Shown one piece after another: positions 28,044 through 39,616 of a stretch of 57,628 bases of DNA. A program made the translations under genes and the position numbers. Every line of letters starts with the position of its first letter. Position 1 is the stretch's first letter. Source of the DNA: Prorocentrum cordatum (taxonomy: Eukaryota); contig CAUYUJ010000009.1 of assembly GCA_963575745.1 (NCBI GenBank), forward strand, positions 62,001 to 119,628, read 5' to 3'. The notes under the pieces were generated by a model. The model did no database searches, had not been told where the DNA came from, and worked only from the letters and a program-made list of their open reading frames with translations.

Positions 28044-29797
28044 AGAGTGCAGCTGAGGATGAGTGGGCCTGAGTGTTGAGTCTGAGTCTGAGTGGGTCTG
28101 AGTGCGAGTCTGAGTGTGAGTGAGTCTCAGTGTGAGCAAGTCTATGTGTGAGTAAGCCTGAGTGCGAGTAAGGAGAGGGACGGAGGTGGAGGGAAGAAGG
28201 ATGCATCAGAGCAATAACAACAACCCCATACTTAGGATGTGGGGAACAAGGAGGAGGCGGGAGGGAGTGAGTGAGGCGGAGCCGTCCCAGTAGTAACAAA
28301 AACTCCATACTTAGGATATTCGGAGGTGGCCCTTACCTGGCCCCAGGGCCGTCAACAAAAACTACTCAGGATAAGATGGTCGGTCCCCAGGACAGGGCCT
28401 AGACTTCTGGGAAGCCACGCTGGGAGAAGCACGACTTTTTGTCTGGGATAAGGAATACGAACCGAGGGACGGGCCCCTGCCTGGCCCAACAAAGCGCCTG
28501 GGTGCACGAGGAGTCCCAGAGGAACACCCAGGGCAGGACCTACACAACAGCAAACCCCTCTCGAAGCAGAACTGCTCCTTCTCTCAACGCCTCGACCGTA
28601 TGGGGAGAAGCACGGATCCAAGAATGCCCCTGGTCAACCCTCCGGCCAGCCCTCCGGCCAGCCCTCCGGCCAACTCTGGCCAGCCTACGGCCAATCCCAG
28701 CCAGCCCTGCCGTGCAACCAATTCGCCCAAGCCTGGAAAGGAGCATTCCTTCCAAGACATTTACACGGAGGCCGCCCAGACGGGGCCAGAGCACGTGGGG
28801 TCGGAAGCTCGCGCCACATCGCCGATGCGCATCGACGGTGTGCTGGCGACGTCGGAATGAGAAGAGTCGGGCTCCAGATCGCGCCGCATGGCTTCCCCGG
28901 CCCGACCCAAAAGCACCCGACGGCGCTCATGTTTCACAGCGTGGCTCCCCCGAGGTCCGGACCCCTTCCCAGGGACCGGCCTCCCATCCTGAGTCGTTCT
29001 GTGACGGTCGCGGGGCCCAGTGAGGGCCCCCCAGGGCCGAAGCCCGCCAACCCGAGCCCGTCGCGATTCGTTTGCAGCGCGAGGATGTCGGCTCTCGGGC
29101 CACAACTCGGGTCTCCCGCGGCCATTTGGAACGAGCCGGGCACCCCCCAAACGCTCTCGGCGAAGCGCAGCTGCTGAAGGCATCCAGAGGCACCGAAAAC
29201 CGACGGAGGCCGCCCAGAGCACCGCATTGATTATGGCCGTCGCGACCTCTCCACGGCAGGAGGAGCTCAAGGGCACGCCGGCGGCCTGGAGTTCCAAAGC
29301 ACGGGTGCGGAGCAGGGAGCGGGAGGAGGAGGAGGAGGAGGAGGAGGAGGAGGAGGAGGAGGAGGAGGAGGAGGAGGAGGGAGTAGAGAGGAGGAGGTGA
29401 GGGAGGAGGAGGAGGAGGAGGTGAGGGAGGAGGAGGAGGAGGAGGAGGAGGAGGAGGAGGAGGAGGAGGAGGGAGGAGGAGGAGGAGGAGGAGGAGGAGG
29501 AGGAGGAGGAGGAGGAGGAGGAGGAGGAGGAGCGAGGAGGGAGGAGGAGGAGGGAGGAGGAGGGAGGAAGGAGGAGGGAGCGGAGGGAGGAGGAGGAGGG
29601 AGGAGGAGGAGGAGGGAGGGAGGAGGAGAGGGAGGAGGAGGAGGAGGAGGAGGAGGAGGAGGAGGAGGAGGAGGAGGAGGAGAAGAGAAGAGACCCCTGG
29701 AAGCTGCGGCGGCACATCGTGGCGCGGGCTCCCGGCCCCCGCGGCCCAGAAGCACGGGCCAAAGGCGGCAGGGGTGCAGGAGCGGCCGCCGTGAATC

Positions 29798-29964
29798 TGA
29801 CTACCTACCAGACCACCCCAACCCAACCCGAAGACCCGAATTTCGGGTTGGGGGGGGTAAGGGTTCCACATGTGTTTTTTCGATGCTCCCAGACCCCCCC
29901 CAACTGGAAATGGAGGGCAAATTGAGGCCTTCGGGTTGGGTTGGGGTGGTTTGGTGGGTGGTGA
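29798..29964. mobile_element. 167-bp MITE with a 5-bp TSD (gaatc)
   Basis: Imperfect TIRs tgactacctaccagaccaccccaacccaacccgaag / cttcgggttgggttggggtggtttggtgggtggtga; gaatc at 29793-29797 and 29965-29969. Confidence 0.85.
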
Positions 29965-30048
29965 GAATCGGCGGCGAGCGTCCAACGAACACGAACGACA
30001 TCAGGGTACCCTCCCCGAGCCGACCTCGATCTTCTGCCTCCGCTGGAC

Positions 30049-33000
30049 GGCAGAAGGCTTCGCTCCGCTGGGCCCCCCCCAGGAAGCAGCGACGAACGCA
30101 GCGACGGTTGCAGGCGGCAGCGCCCATGGGCCCTGGATCCACGCAAAGCGCCACCCCGCTGGACCTCCGAGGAGCTTCTGAATGTGGCGACAGCTGCGCA
30201 GCAGCCAGGGGGCGGAGGTCTGGTCTGGATACACCCCATCGGCGGCGAACGAGGGGGGAAGTGAGAAGGAGAAGGCCTTCTCAGAAGGCGGCGGGACTTC
30301 TCGGAAGCCCTCGCGTTTTCTGAGAAGTTGCCGGTGTCCTCGGGGAAAGGATTAGAAAACTTCTGAGAAGGCCGGGGGGCATCCGAGCCTTCTGAGAAGG
30401 CCCGCCCCTTCTCACTCCTTCCCTGGGCTGCTCGCCGCCGAGTGGAGCGCTGCATCCTGCCCTGTCAGGGAGAAGGCCAAGTCTGGTGGGAGGACCACCG
30501 ATCCCAGGGCCTCCTCGCGTCGGGAAAAGATCAGGACGCGAAGTGTCGGGCTGTTTTCGGCCTTCGGGGGCCCTTGCTGGGCAGCGGGGCTCGTCAAAAA
30601 ACGGCTCAGGATGAGAAGCCGGCCCCCACGCTCCAAAATGGGGCCCACGTGACCTCAGATGGCACAATGACGACCCACTGTGGCCTCAAGACAGCTCCAG
30701 AAGTTTCCAAGACGCTTCAACACGGCTCCACGGGGACCACCCCCCGAAGGCTCCAACAAGCAAAAATCACCCCCATTCCCTTTGGAAACCAGACATGTTC
30801 AGCATTTTCGCTGTTTGCGTTTCTAACACGTCCAAGACGGCCTCCGAGGCCTCCTGGATCTCCCCAAGACTGCCCAAGAGGCTCTCGAGAGGGCCCAAAG
30901 ACGGCTCCACGCGGCCACAGGGCAGCCCAGAAGGCCTGATAGACAGCGCCAGATAACCCCAGGAACGGCCCAAGAAAGCCCAAGATGCTCCCAAGACGGC
31001 CCCAGAAGCGCCCAAGATAGCCCCCCCGACTGCCCAAAATGCACCTCTGAAACAAAAGAACAAAAAAAACGAAAATCGTCCCCAAACTACTCGTTTGACT
31101 ATTTTTTGATATTCCTCCTGTATGGGGGCATGCCCGACTTAACACTGGCCCGATGTCTGCTCTCTGGGCGGCATCGACGTCAGACCGACGATGGATGGAC
31201 GCTCATCATGGAGGACGGTAAGGCTCCAATAAGCAAGAAATAGCCCCATTCCGTTTGGAAGCCTTGCAGCTTCAGCATATTCGCATCTTGCGCGTCCAAC
31301 ACATCAGATCTAAAGGAACATGCACATTGATAAAGCGCATGCACAGTGATCCGCCGAGCCACGCGTGCCGGGGAGGGGGAGAGGCGTGTGAGACATGTAG
31401 CTGTCCCCATTTCCATCGCCCTCTGCCCTGGCGTCCAAAATCCTGTTCAAGGAGGCTGTAGAGGGTTGGGGCACGGAGAAAAGCATTTACATGTCCTCTC
31501 TGCTAGCCTGAGCCTCGTAGGACCGACCCCGCTGCCCAGAGACACCCAAGCGGCGGATGTGGCGTAAGCGTGCAGAATCACGGCGTCGGATGTCTCGGCA
31601 GATAGAGCCTGTTGGAGGCCGACCAAATGAGGCTGGTGCTGGGACTTGAAAATTAACACCGATGCCGCTACGGAGGGAGGTGCCTCCACCAGGGGAAGAT
31701 GACCCTGGATGTCGGTGCTGGTGGTCATCCCTCAGTCATCCGAGACGCCCGAACGTTACCACCATCACCGAAATCAGGGCAACCTTCCCCTGGAGGAGGC
31801 AACCGCCGCAACTGGTGTTGGAGCCCACCTCTGACATCCGATGTTGGTTCCAACCAGACTTGCTCCAACTGGACTTGGCGTCGCCTGGGAGGCCCACCAC
31901 ATTGAGCTTCCTGGCTCCGACTGGAGCTGCTCCAGCTCGACTTGCTCTGGGGACCCAGCGGGGGAATCCGACCTGCCAGAGGGGACGGGAGGATTATACC
32001 TATTGGTGGAGGAGGAGGAGGAGGAGGAGGAGGAGGAGGAGGAGGAGGAGGAGGAGAGGGAGGAGGAGGAGGAGTGATACGGCTATGAATAGTAGTATCA
32101 TTATTGTTGCTGCCATCCCTTCCTCGGGTCCTCGGCGCCTCTTTAAGCGGCCCAGGCCCCCCCCTCGGGCATCTGGAGGCGGAGGCTCTTGATCCTGTTT
32201 TCGGGGATCTACTCTTGAGCTACACTGTCAATGCCCCGCTCTCCTGGGGCTTTGCTGTGTTCTTGCTCGTTAAGATGTGTCACGTGTGCGGAACGACACT
32301 GTCAATGCCGCGCTCTCCTGTCGCTTTGCTGCGTTCCTGCTCGCAACGCACACAGCAAGAGGAGGAGGGAGGAGGAGGGAGGAGGAGGGAGGAGGAGGAG
32401 GAGGAGGAGGAGGAGGACGAGGAGGACGAGGAGGAGGAGGAGGAGGAGGACGAGGAAGAGGAGGAGGAGGAGGAGGAGGAGGAGGAGGAGGAGGAGGAGG
32501 AGGAGGAGGAGGAGGAGGGAGGGACGTCCTGGGGACGGGACCTCCGGGGGGATGTGCGAAGGGGGCAGGGAGAGCGGAGGGCGGGGAGCGGGGCGGAAGG
32601 CGGGGGGGCGAGGGATGGGGCGGGGGAGGACGGAGGACGAAGGCCGGCGGCGAGCCAAGGGGCGAGGAGTGGGCCCCCTTTGGGAGCGCCTTGGGCTTGC
32701 CGTCGCTCGGACGCCCATTTCCCGTGCATTGGTCGGTTTCGCGCGTGTTTTTGTCTTGCTCGATGGTCCAGGATAGGATGGTCCTCGATGCTTCTCGCCG
32801 AGAAAAATGCACACGCCCGAGCGATACCAAGAGGAGCGTGGGGGCCGGCTTCTCATCCTGAGCCGTTTTTTGACGAGCCCCGCTGCCCAGCAAGGGCCCC
32901 CGAAGGCCGAAAACAGCCCGACACTTCGCGTCCTGATCTTTTCCCGACGCGAGGAGGCCCTGGGATCTGTGGTCCTCCCACCAGACTTGGCCTTCTCCCT

Positions 33001-33418
33001 GACAGGGCAGGATGCAGCGCTCCACTCGGCGGCGAGCAGCCCAGGGAAGGAGTGAGAAGGGGCGGGCCTTCTCAGAGGCTCGGAAGTCCCCCGGCCTTCT
33101 CAGGAATGTCCTGAGCAGTTCCCCGAAGACACGGGAAACTTCCCGGAAGGCGCGAGGGCTTCCGAGAAGTCCCGCCGCCCTCTGAGGAGGCCTTCTGCTT
33201 CTCGCTTCCCCCCCTCGCTCGTCGCCGATTGGGTGTATCCAGACCAGACCTCCGCCCCCTGGCTGCTGCGCAGCTGTCGCCACATTCGGAAGCTCCTCGG
33301 AGGTCCAGCGGGGTGGCGCTTTGCGTGGATCCAGGGCCCATGGGCGCTGCCGCCTGCAACCGTCGCTACGTTCGTCGCTGCTTCCTAGGGGGGGCCCAGC
33401 GGAGCGAAGCCTTCTGCC
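30049..33418. repeat. Long inverted repeat pair (~585-bp arms, 30049-30634 and 32833-33418)
   Basis: The arms match in reverse complement from ggcagaaggcttcgctccgctgggcc to ggatgagaagccggcccccacgctcc; the spacer is ~2.2 kb. Confidence 0.85.
32697..32831. mobile_element. ~130-bp MITE family (also ~13503-13615 and ~52359-52492)
   Basis: Ends cttgccgtcgctcggacg / cgcccgagcgataccaag; three homologous copies in the window. Confidence 0.7.
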
Positions 33419-33792
33419 AGAAGTGAGGGGGGACGGACCCTGACCCCTTGCGCAGTGAAGCAAAGCACGAAAGGAGGCCTTTGTGCGTCTGCCCGGCATC
33501 TCGGCCCCCGGAGGACCCTGCCAGGCCCACCAAGGCCGTCGGGATGGCTCGGGATGAGAAGCCCGTCCACGGGCAGGGGCCCAGACCTCGGCATCGGACT
33601 TCAAGGCCCGAAGAAAAACTTGAGCCCAAATGGGCCGCGGACCATCCCCCTTACCAGGCACCCTCCCACTAAAACCTTACGTTCTGGGCTGCGCGCGAAC
33701 TCCCGCCTCCTGCTCCTCCTCCTGCTCCTCCTCCTGGCGAACAAGAACACGACGTCGGACGTCTGGGGAAGGGGGTTGGAGGTAGGAGGCTT

Positions 33793-34011
33793 GTGAACGT
33801 TCTGCTATTCGGCGTTGCGACATTGGGCGGAAGGGGGGGGGGTCTGGCTCTGGACCTCTGCTTACTGCGACGTTTTGCAACAGTGCGTCCTATCGGAAAG
33901 ACTCCACCTGCTTGAAACAGGCGCCCAAAAACGCAAAGATCTGCTCCAGGAGGGGGGAAAGGGGGGTGCGAGGGCCCGCGCCGCTCGGCTAAACTATAAG
34001 AAAACGATCAC
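33793..34011. repeat. ~220-bp dispersed direct repeat (second copy 37983-38213)
   Basis: Both begin gtgaacgtt(c/t)tgctattcggcgtt..cattgggcggaaggggggg and share ggacctctgc, cgtcctatcgg, gaaacaggcgcc and gtgcgagggccc. Confidence 0.8.
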
Positions 34012-35469
34012 CTTCCGTTCAATCAGCCGGGTTCTGACGTTGTTAAGCGTGTTCGGAAATTCTCAGAGTCTGTAAAGGAAGCGCTGGTACGAGGCAGTGG
34101 CGGGATGGGTTAGGGGGAGGAGCAAGGGGGCCTGGGCAGAAGGGTCCACGAAACCTTTTTTTTGTGCTCTAGGTGCGGCGCCACAACCCAAATACACTGC
34201 AAGACGAAGGAGACGCAGGGTGCCGTCAGCCCGCGGCTGCGTTCCCACCCAACCAAAAGAAGATATAAGAGGAGAGAGTGGGTACGAATCCCCGCAATAG
34301 AATAGCAAATTGTGCACATAACGGACATGATGACGTCGTAACTCCTTGGTCGCGGGGTCTGGACACGCGAAAACACAATGCGAGAGGAAAGGGACGCAGA
34401 GGACTGTCACAGCACAGAGCTGCAGTGCCACCCAGCAGAGACGCAAAATGCCTTCACAGGCAGTGGCTGCACAGTCTCGGACAGCGAAGGATGGGAAATT
34501 GCGGAACCGCTCTCTGGGAGGGGGGAAATTTGTAATGCTGCTTCGACCCGCCCCGGGCCCGACCCCCCCAAACGAAGAGAGCAAGCGCGCAACTGCGAAG
34601 AGGCCTCTGGCCCGCGACCCAGGCACGGTGGCGGGGTAAGCTGAAGGCAATCATTCTACAGACACGCGAAGCCCCTGTCGAATTTCGGCGGCAGGCGAGC
34701 GCGTTCAGGCCGCTGCTTTCAAACATAATGCGCGGGCTGTCACGCCGGGTGGCGGAGCACGTGCAAGTGGAACGATGAATGACAGAGGTCGACAGAGAAC
34801 AGCCGTGAAATAAAACGCACGCGCTGTCGGATCGCGTGCAGGAGGAACGCGGCATGCCGGAGGACGGAGAAAAGAAAGCTGCATTGGAAAACCATGCACG
34901 CGCTGACACGCCCGTTGGCCGATGTTGACAGACCACGTGCAGGAAGGATCAGGGCTCACGGGGGCGGGAAGCATGAAAATACATGGAGGAAGGGAACGGG
35001 GAGGAGGGAGAGGTCACCTTGAAGGAGGCGGTGGGGGGGGGGGGCGCGGCCCGCCCGCTGGGCGCAGCTCGCAGCCGCCCCAGAAGGCGCGCGGGGCCTC
35101 GCGACAGGCCAGCAGCGCAGCGGGTCCCAACGCGGCCGGATCAACCGTCGCCGCCTCGAAGAAGGAACACATGGTACCACGGGAGCATCGCAAAACTGAC
35201 GTGACCGATTGGGACTGTCTGGGGCAGCTCTTGGGACCTCGCGTCGATCGGCGTATGTCCGAGAAGATGGTGGACGAAACTGCCCAGGAGGCAGAAGCCA
35301 GTGGACAAGACGCCGTTACAGCGCAGGCCACAGACTTTGCGGGAGGCGACGGAACGTGACAGGCAGTAAGCTGGACTGCATTGTTAGATGCTAGACCTGC
35401 GCAGTGCATTGGAGTCACAGTTGGCTCACAGCAAGCCTCGCTCAGCGGTCGCGCCCCCGACCCTGCCAT

Positions 35470-35845
35470 TCATCCGCGGACACGTTCCCCACATCGCTGC
35501 GGACGCTCTCCTCTTGCAATCCTCTGCAGGCCACTGTTTCTGTGTCTGAGTGGTGCCGACGCGCAGCCATCACCCGCCGCTTCCGTCGGTGACTCGTGGA
35601 TCAGCGGCAATCTTCCTGAGAGTCTCTGCGGCCCGCTCTGCCAAGGCATGCGAAACTTCGACACCCCAGTCAGCTGCATCTGTACGATCGTATTGAAATC
35701 ATCGGAATCTTCATCTGAATCACGTGGGCCAATCACGGGGCCTTCGACTGCAAGCGCTGCGCACTCCGCCCGCAGAAACGTAGCTCCGCTTCTGGAAAAC
35801 CGCAGGGCCCCGAGGCCGACGCTCGCCGTGACCTCCTCGCCATCC
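35470..35845 (-). CDS. Exon 2 of the TM/PAS-like protein
   Basis: Removing 35846-36023 (GT...AG) joins NQEEY-R-DGEEVTASVGLGALRFSRSG... in frame: 1700 + 376 nt = 692 codons, ending at TGA 35470. Confidence 0.75.
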
Positions 35846-36023
35846 CTATACTCGGGGATGGACAGACCTCCCTTTAGTAAAACGTGGTTTAGTGAAAACG
35901 ACCTCGGGCCCAAACCTGGCGGGCGCAAGCCTGGAAAATAACGGCCGCGGCGCCCTCTCGAGAATCGAAAACGGACAATTCACTAATCGACGTGTCAAGG
36001 CAGGAGGTCTGTCCACCCCCGAC
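35846..36023 (-). mobile_element. Introner-like MITE forming a 178-nt GT-AG intron
   Basis: 20-bp TIRs at 35852-35871 (tcggggatggacagacctcc) and 36003-36022 (ggaggtctgtccacccccga), 1 mismatch. 7-bp direct repeat cctatac at 35845-35851 and 36023-36029. The minus-strand intron starts GT and ends AG. Confidence 0.9.
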
Positions 36024-37723
36024 CTATACTCCTCCTGATTCACCAGCTCTTGGACGGTCCTGTGGATCACATCCAGAGCCTCTCTTGGAAGCCACTCCTC
36101 CAAGCGGGGTGCCCGGCCGCTGTCGCCGAAGCGCAGGCACATGTCCTCGACGGGCAGACCGCTGCTCGCCGAGTCCAGCCGCAGGCAGATGGACGAGACG
36201 CAACCCTCGTCCGGCGCGCAGCTCCCGGACGAGGACGAGGCCCTCGAGGACGACGCGAGCGAGCTTCGCAACCCCAGGCCTGCGTGCTGAACGGGTGGCT
36301 GCGACGCCGCCCCTGGCTCCGCCGGGTGGCGGTGCGGCTGCTCGCGGGCCAGCGCCGGCGCCGCGCCAGGCGGCCGACGCGGGTCGCTGGCCGGCGGCGC
36401 CCCCGCAGGCGCGCCCGCCTCTGGGCCGGGCTCGCGCGCGGGCGCTGTGGCCGCCAGCTGCTGCAGTGCCACAACGCCTGGGGCATCCGTGCATGCCTCC
36501 CGCGGCAGCGCTTCGCAGGTCTCCCGGATCCCGACCAGGAGCTCGGGGGCATCGATGGCGTCGTCGAGGCAGATCAGGAACAGCTCCACGGGGATCGGGT
36601 TCGCCGACCCCTCCGTGCACAGATTCACCTGGATGGAAGCAGCAGGGCGCCGAGCGCATTCGCCCAAGATCGGATCATCGGCTGCTGAGTCTTCCGACTG
36701 CAATCCCGCCGTCGCCGAGATGAAGTCCTGGAAGCGCTGCTGGTCGGACTCTCCCACGTACTGAAGGAAATTGCGTCCATGAAGAGTGCTTCTCCTGTCA
36801 GTGCTTCTCATGTCTCTTGTCCCATCTTCTGCGCCCAGCAAATTCACAAGATGTGGAGAATGGGAGATGATGCCACATCGTGGGCAGATGTGCAGCTGGG
36901 CGTCGCAGAATACAGCGAGCAACCTTTGACATGCCAGATGCAAGCTAGACTCTCGGGAAGCATTGAGGATGTCCTTGTCGCAAACTCCCAGAAATACTGA
37001 GGCAGCGCAGACAAGTACACAAGTAACCAATTCAATCATGAAGTGGTGAAAAAACGCAGCCATGGAAGATTGTCCATCGATGCGTAGCTGCCCGCGCCGA
37101 TCCCAGACAGAGAGGCACATCACTGCAGAGAAGTAGATGTTCCATCTCACAGACATACTGCAATCAAGTGCCAATAATGCAATAATCACTCGTAGCGCGC
37201 TCCACAACCCGCCGTACATGAGAAAACTATGCGTGTCTGCAAAGTACCCACGACATGCAATGCCCAGCATGACCACTTTGAATATGCACTCTCCGCCGAC
37301 GGGGTAGGAACCGTACCGACGTTTCAAGTACCCCCAGTAAAACGTTGCAAAGTGACGCCCGCACATGAACACCGCCCTGAATGCAAGACCAATGTTGGAA
37401 GGACTTACTGTATACATGCAAATCACCAGCATCATAAATAGAGCCGAAAAAGGTAACAGCGCCAGGTCCAACGCATACACCATTCGCGCCAGCCTGGTCT
37501 TGTTGAAGTCTCTTGATCTTCTTCTCTCGAAGGACGTGAATTGACAAGGCGAGAACATCGATTTGACTGCTACTTTGCATGCGTGAAGCGATGCTACAAA
37601 ACCGCCCCAATCAAGCAAGACATCTGCAACGAAGCAGCATAGGCTGAAGGAGATACACGTGCGAACGACGACAGTGAAGAAATACTCTTGCTGCGCCACC
37701 TCAAGCAAGGGCGAGTAGGACAT
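36024..37723 (-). CDS. Exon 1 of a multi-pass membrane protein with a PAS-like domain (about 691 aa after splicing)
   Basis: ATG at 37723 and non-repetitive protein-like composition. Several hydrophobic segments in the first ~250 aa are followed by a PAS-like segment (LLAVFCDAQLHI...LHGRNFLQYVGESDQQRFQDFI...IQVNL...VELFLI...LLVGIRE). SL relic upstream. The PAS call is by eye. Confidence 0.8.
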
Positions 37724-37832
37724 ACCACCGGCTCACCACTAGGCTCTGCACCGTTTTCAGTGTCAGACAAGCCGGATCGCGCCCGAAAGGTCGTCTAACA
37801 CGATGGGGCACTCGAACCCGCCTGTTTGAGGG

Positions 37833-37852
37833 CTTGAGCCAACTGCTACGGA
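37833..37852 (-). other. Degenerate relic spliced leader upstream of the TM/PAS gene
   Basis: Minus strand TCCGTAGCAGTTGGCTCAAG: both 8-nt ends of DinoSL are exact (TCCGTAGC, GGCTCAAG) and the middle is altered. It lies 109 nt upstream of the ATG. Confidence 0.85.
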
Positions 37853-38275
37853 GGGTCAAGAAGGGTCCACGAAACCTGCTACGATGTACCACAAACTCAG
37901 CGTTTGACAGCACATTTGTAAATATAGAGGGCCAGAAAACTACGGACTCGAAGCCAAAAGCGCACGCATGTCGGGCTCGATGGTGAACGTTTTGCTATTC
38001 GGCGTTACGGCATTGGGCGGAAGGGGGGGAGCGGGGAGGGTCTGGCTCGGGACCTCTGCGTAATGCGACTGTTTGCATCAGTTCGTCCTATCGGGGAGGC
38101 CCCACCTGCCCGAAACAGGCGCCAAATAAAGCCAAGATCTACTTCAAGGGGGAAAGGGGGAGTGCGAGGGCCCTCGCCGATCGGCAAAACAACGCATAGG
38201 AAAACAATCGCACGCGTCAGGTGAGCAGTCGTTGACTCACAGGAGGCTTCACTTACTCAGTAGAAAATTGGGGTC

Positions 38276-38276
<1 letters not shown>

Positions 38277-38316
<40 letters not shown>

Positions 38317-38361
38317 GCACGCACGCACGCACGTACGCACGCACGCAAGCACACACAAACA

Positions 38362-38398
<37 letters not shown>

Positions 38399-38531
38399 AC
38401 ACACACACACACACGCACGCACGCACGCACGCACACGAACGCGCACACACACACACAAACACACAGGCACACGCACACACGCACACACACACACGCACAC
38501 TCTCTCTCTCACACACACACACTCACACACG

Positions 38532-38583
<52 letters not shown>

Positions 38584-38617
38584 ACACACACACAACACAC
38601 ACACACACAACACACAC

Positions 38618-38658
<41 letters not shown>

Positions 38659-38721
38659 TCAACACACACACACACACACAACACACAACACACACACACC
38701 ACAACACACACACACAGCGCG

Positions 38722-38769
<48 letters not shown>

Positions 38770-38842
38770 CCCCACACGCCACACGCCCACACACCCACAC
38801 ACACACACACACGCGCGCGCGCACACACATACACGCAAACAC

Positions 38843-38879
<37 letters not shown>

Positions 38880-39045
38880 GCGCGCGCACACACACACACT
38901 TTTTGCGTCGGCTGTTGGGCAGAAGGTGACTGCTCTGGCAGAATGGTAACAGGGGACACGCTGTTTGCAAATTAAGGCCGCAATGCACAAAGGAAGAGGA
39001 GGAGCAGAACACGCGCGCGCACACACGCACGCACGCACGCACGCA

Positions 39046-39087
<42 letters not shown>

Positions 39088-39133
39088 AAAAAAAGACACA
39101 CACACACACACAAACACACGCACGCACGCGCAT

Positions 39134-39184
<51 letters not shown>

Positions 39185-39195
39185 CACACACACAA
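38277..39195. repeat. (CA)n/(CGCA)n microsatellite
   Basis: Directly visible. Confidence 0.98.
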
Positions 39196-39405
39196 AAAAA
39201 AAAAACACAACGGCAACAACAACAACAACAACAAAAACGCTTCCCCCTCCCTCCGTGGTCCTCGTCCTGACCCTCATTCTACTCGCTCCTGTTCATCCTT
39301 GTCCTTCTCGTCCTCCTCTTCCTCCTGCAGCTCTCCTCTTCCCACTCCCACCGTCCTCGCCCTCCCCATCCGGTTCCTCCTCGTCGTCGCCCCGCCTCTC
39401 TTCTG

Positions 39406-39445
<40 letters not shown>

Positions 39446-39585
39446 CCTCCTCCTCTACCTCCTCCTCGTCCTCCTCCTCCTTTCCTCCTGCTCCCCCTCC
39501 TCCTGTTCCTCCTCCTCCTCGTCCCCCTTTTCCCTCCCCCTCCCCACCTCCTCCTCCTCCTCCTCCTCCTCCTCCTCATCATCAT

Positions 39586-39616
<31 letters not shown>

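Larger units (their letters stand above)
34138..37877 (-). other. Retroposed mRNA unit bounded by a 19-bp target-site duplication
   Basis: agaagggtccacgaaacct occurs at 34138-34156 (followed by a T run to 34163) and at 37859-37877 (6 nt beyond the SL relic). Confidence 0.75.

Noticed and set aside
35846..37723. Single-exon 625-aa ORF as listed in the ORF track
   Set aside because: Its last ~59 codons are read-through of the TIR element; the spliced model is better supported.
33793..38213. LTR retroelement bounded by the two ~220-bp direct repeats
   Set aside because: The repeats are quite diverged, no PBS/PPT or gag/pol was seen, and the interior is explained by a retroposed mRNA.
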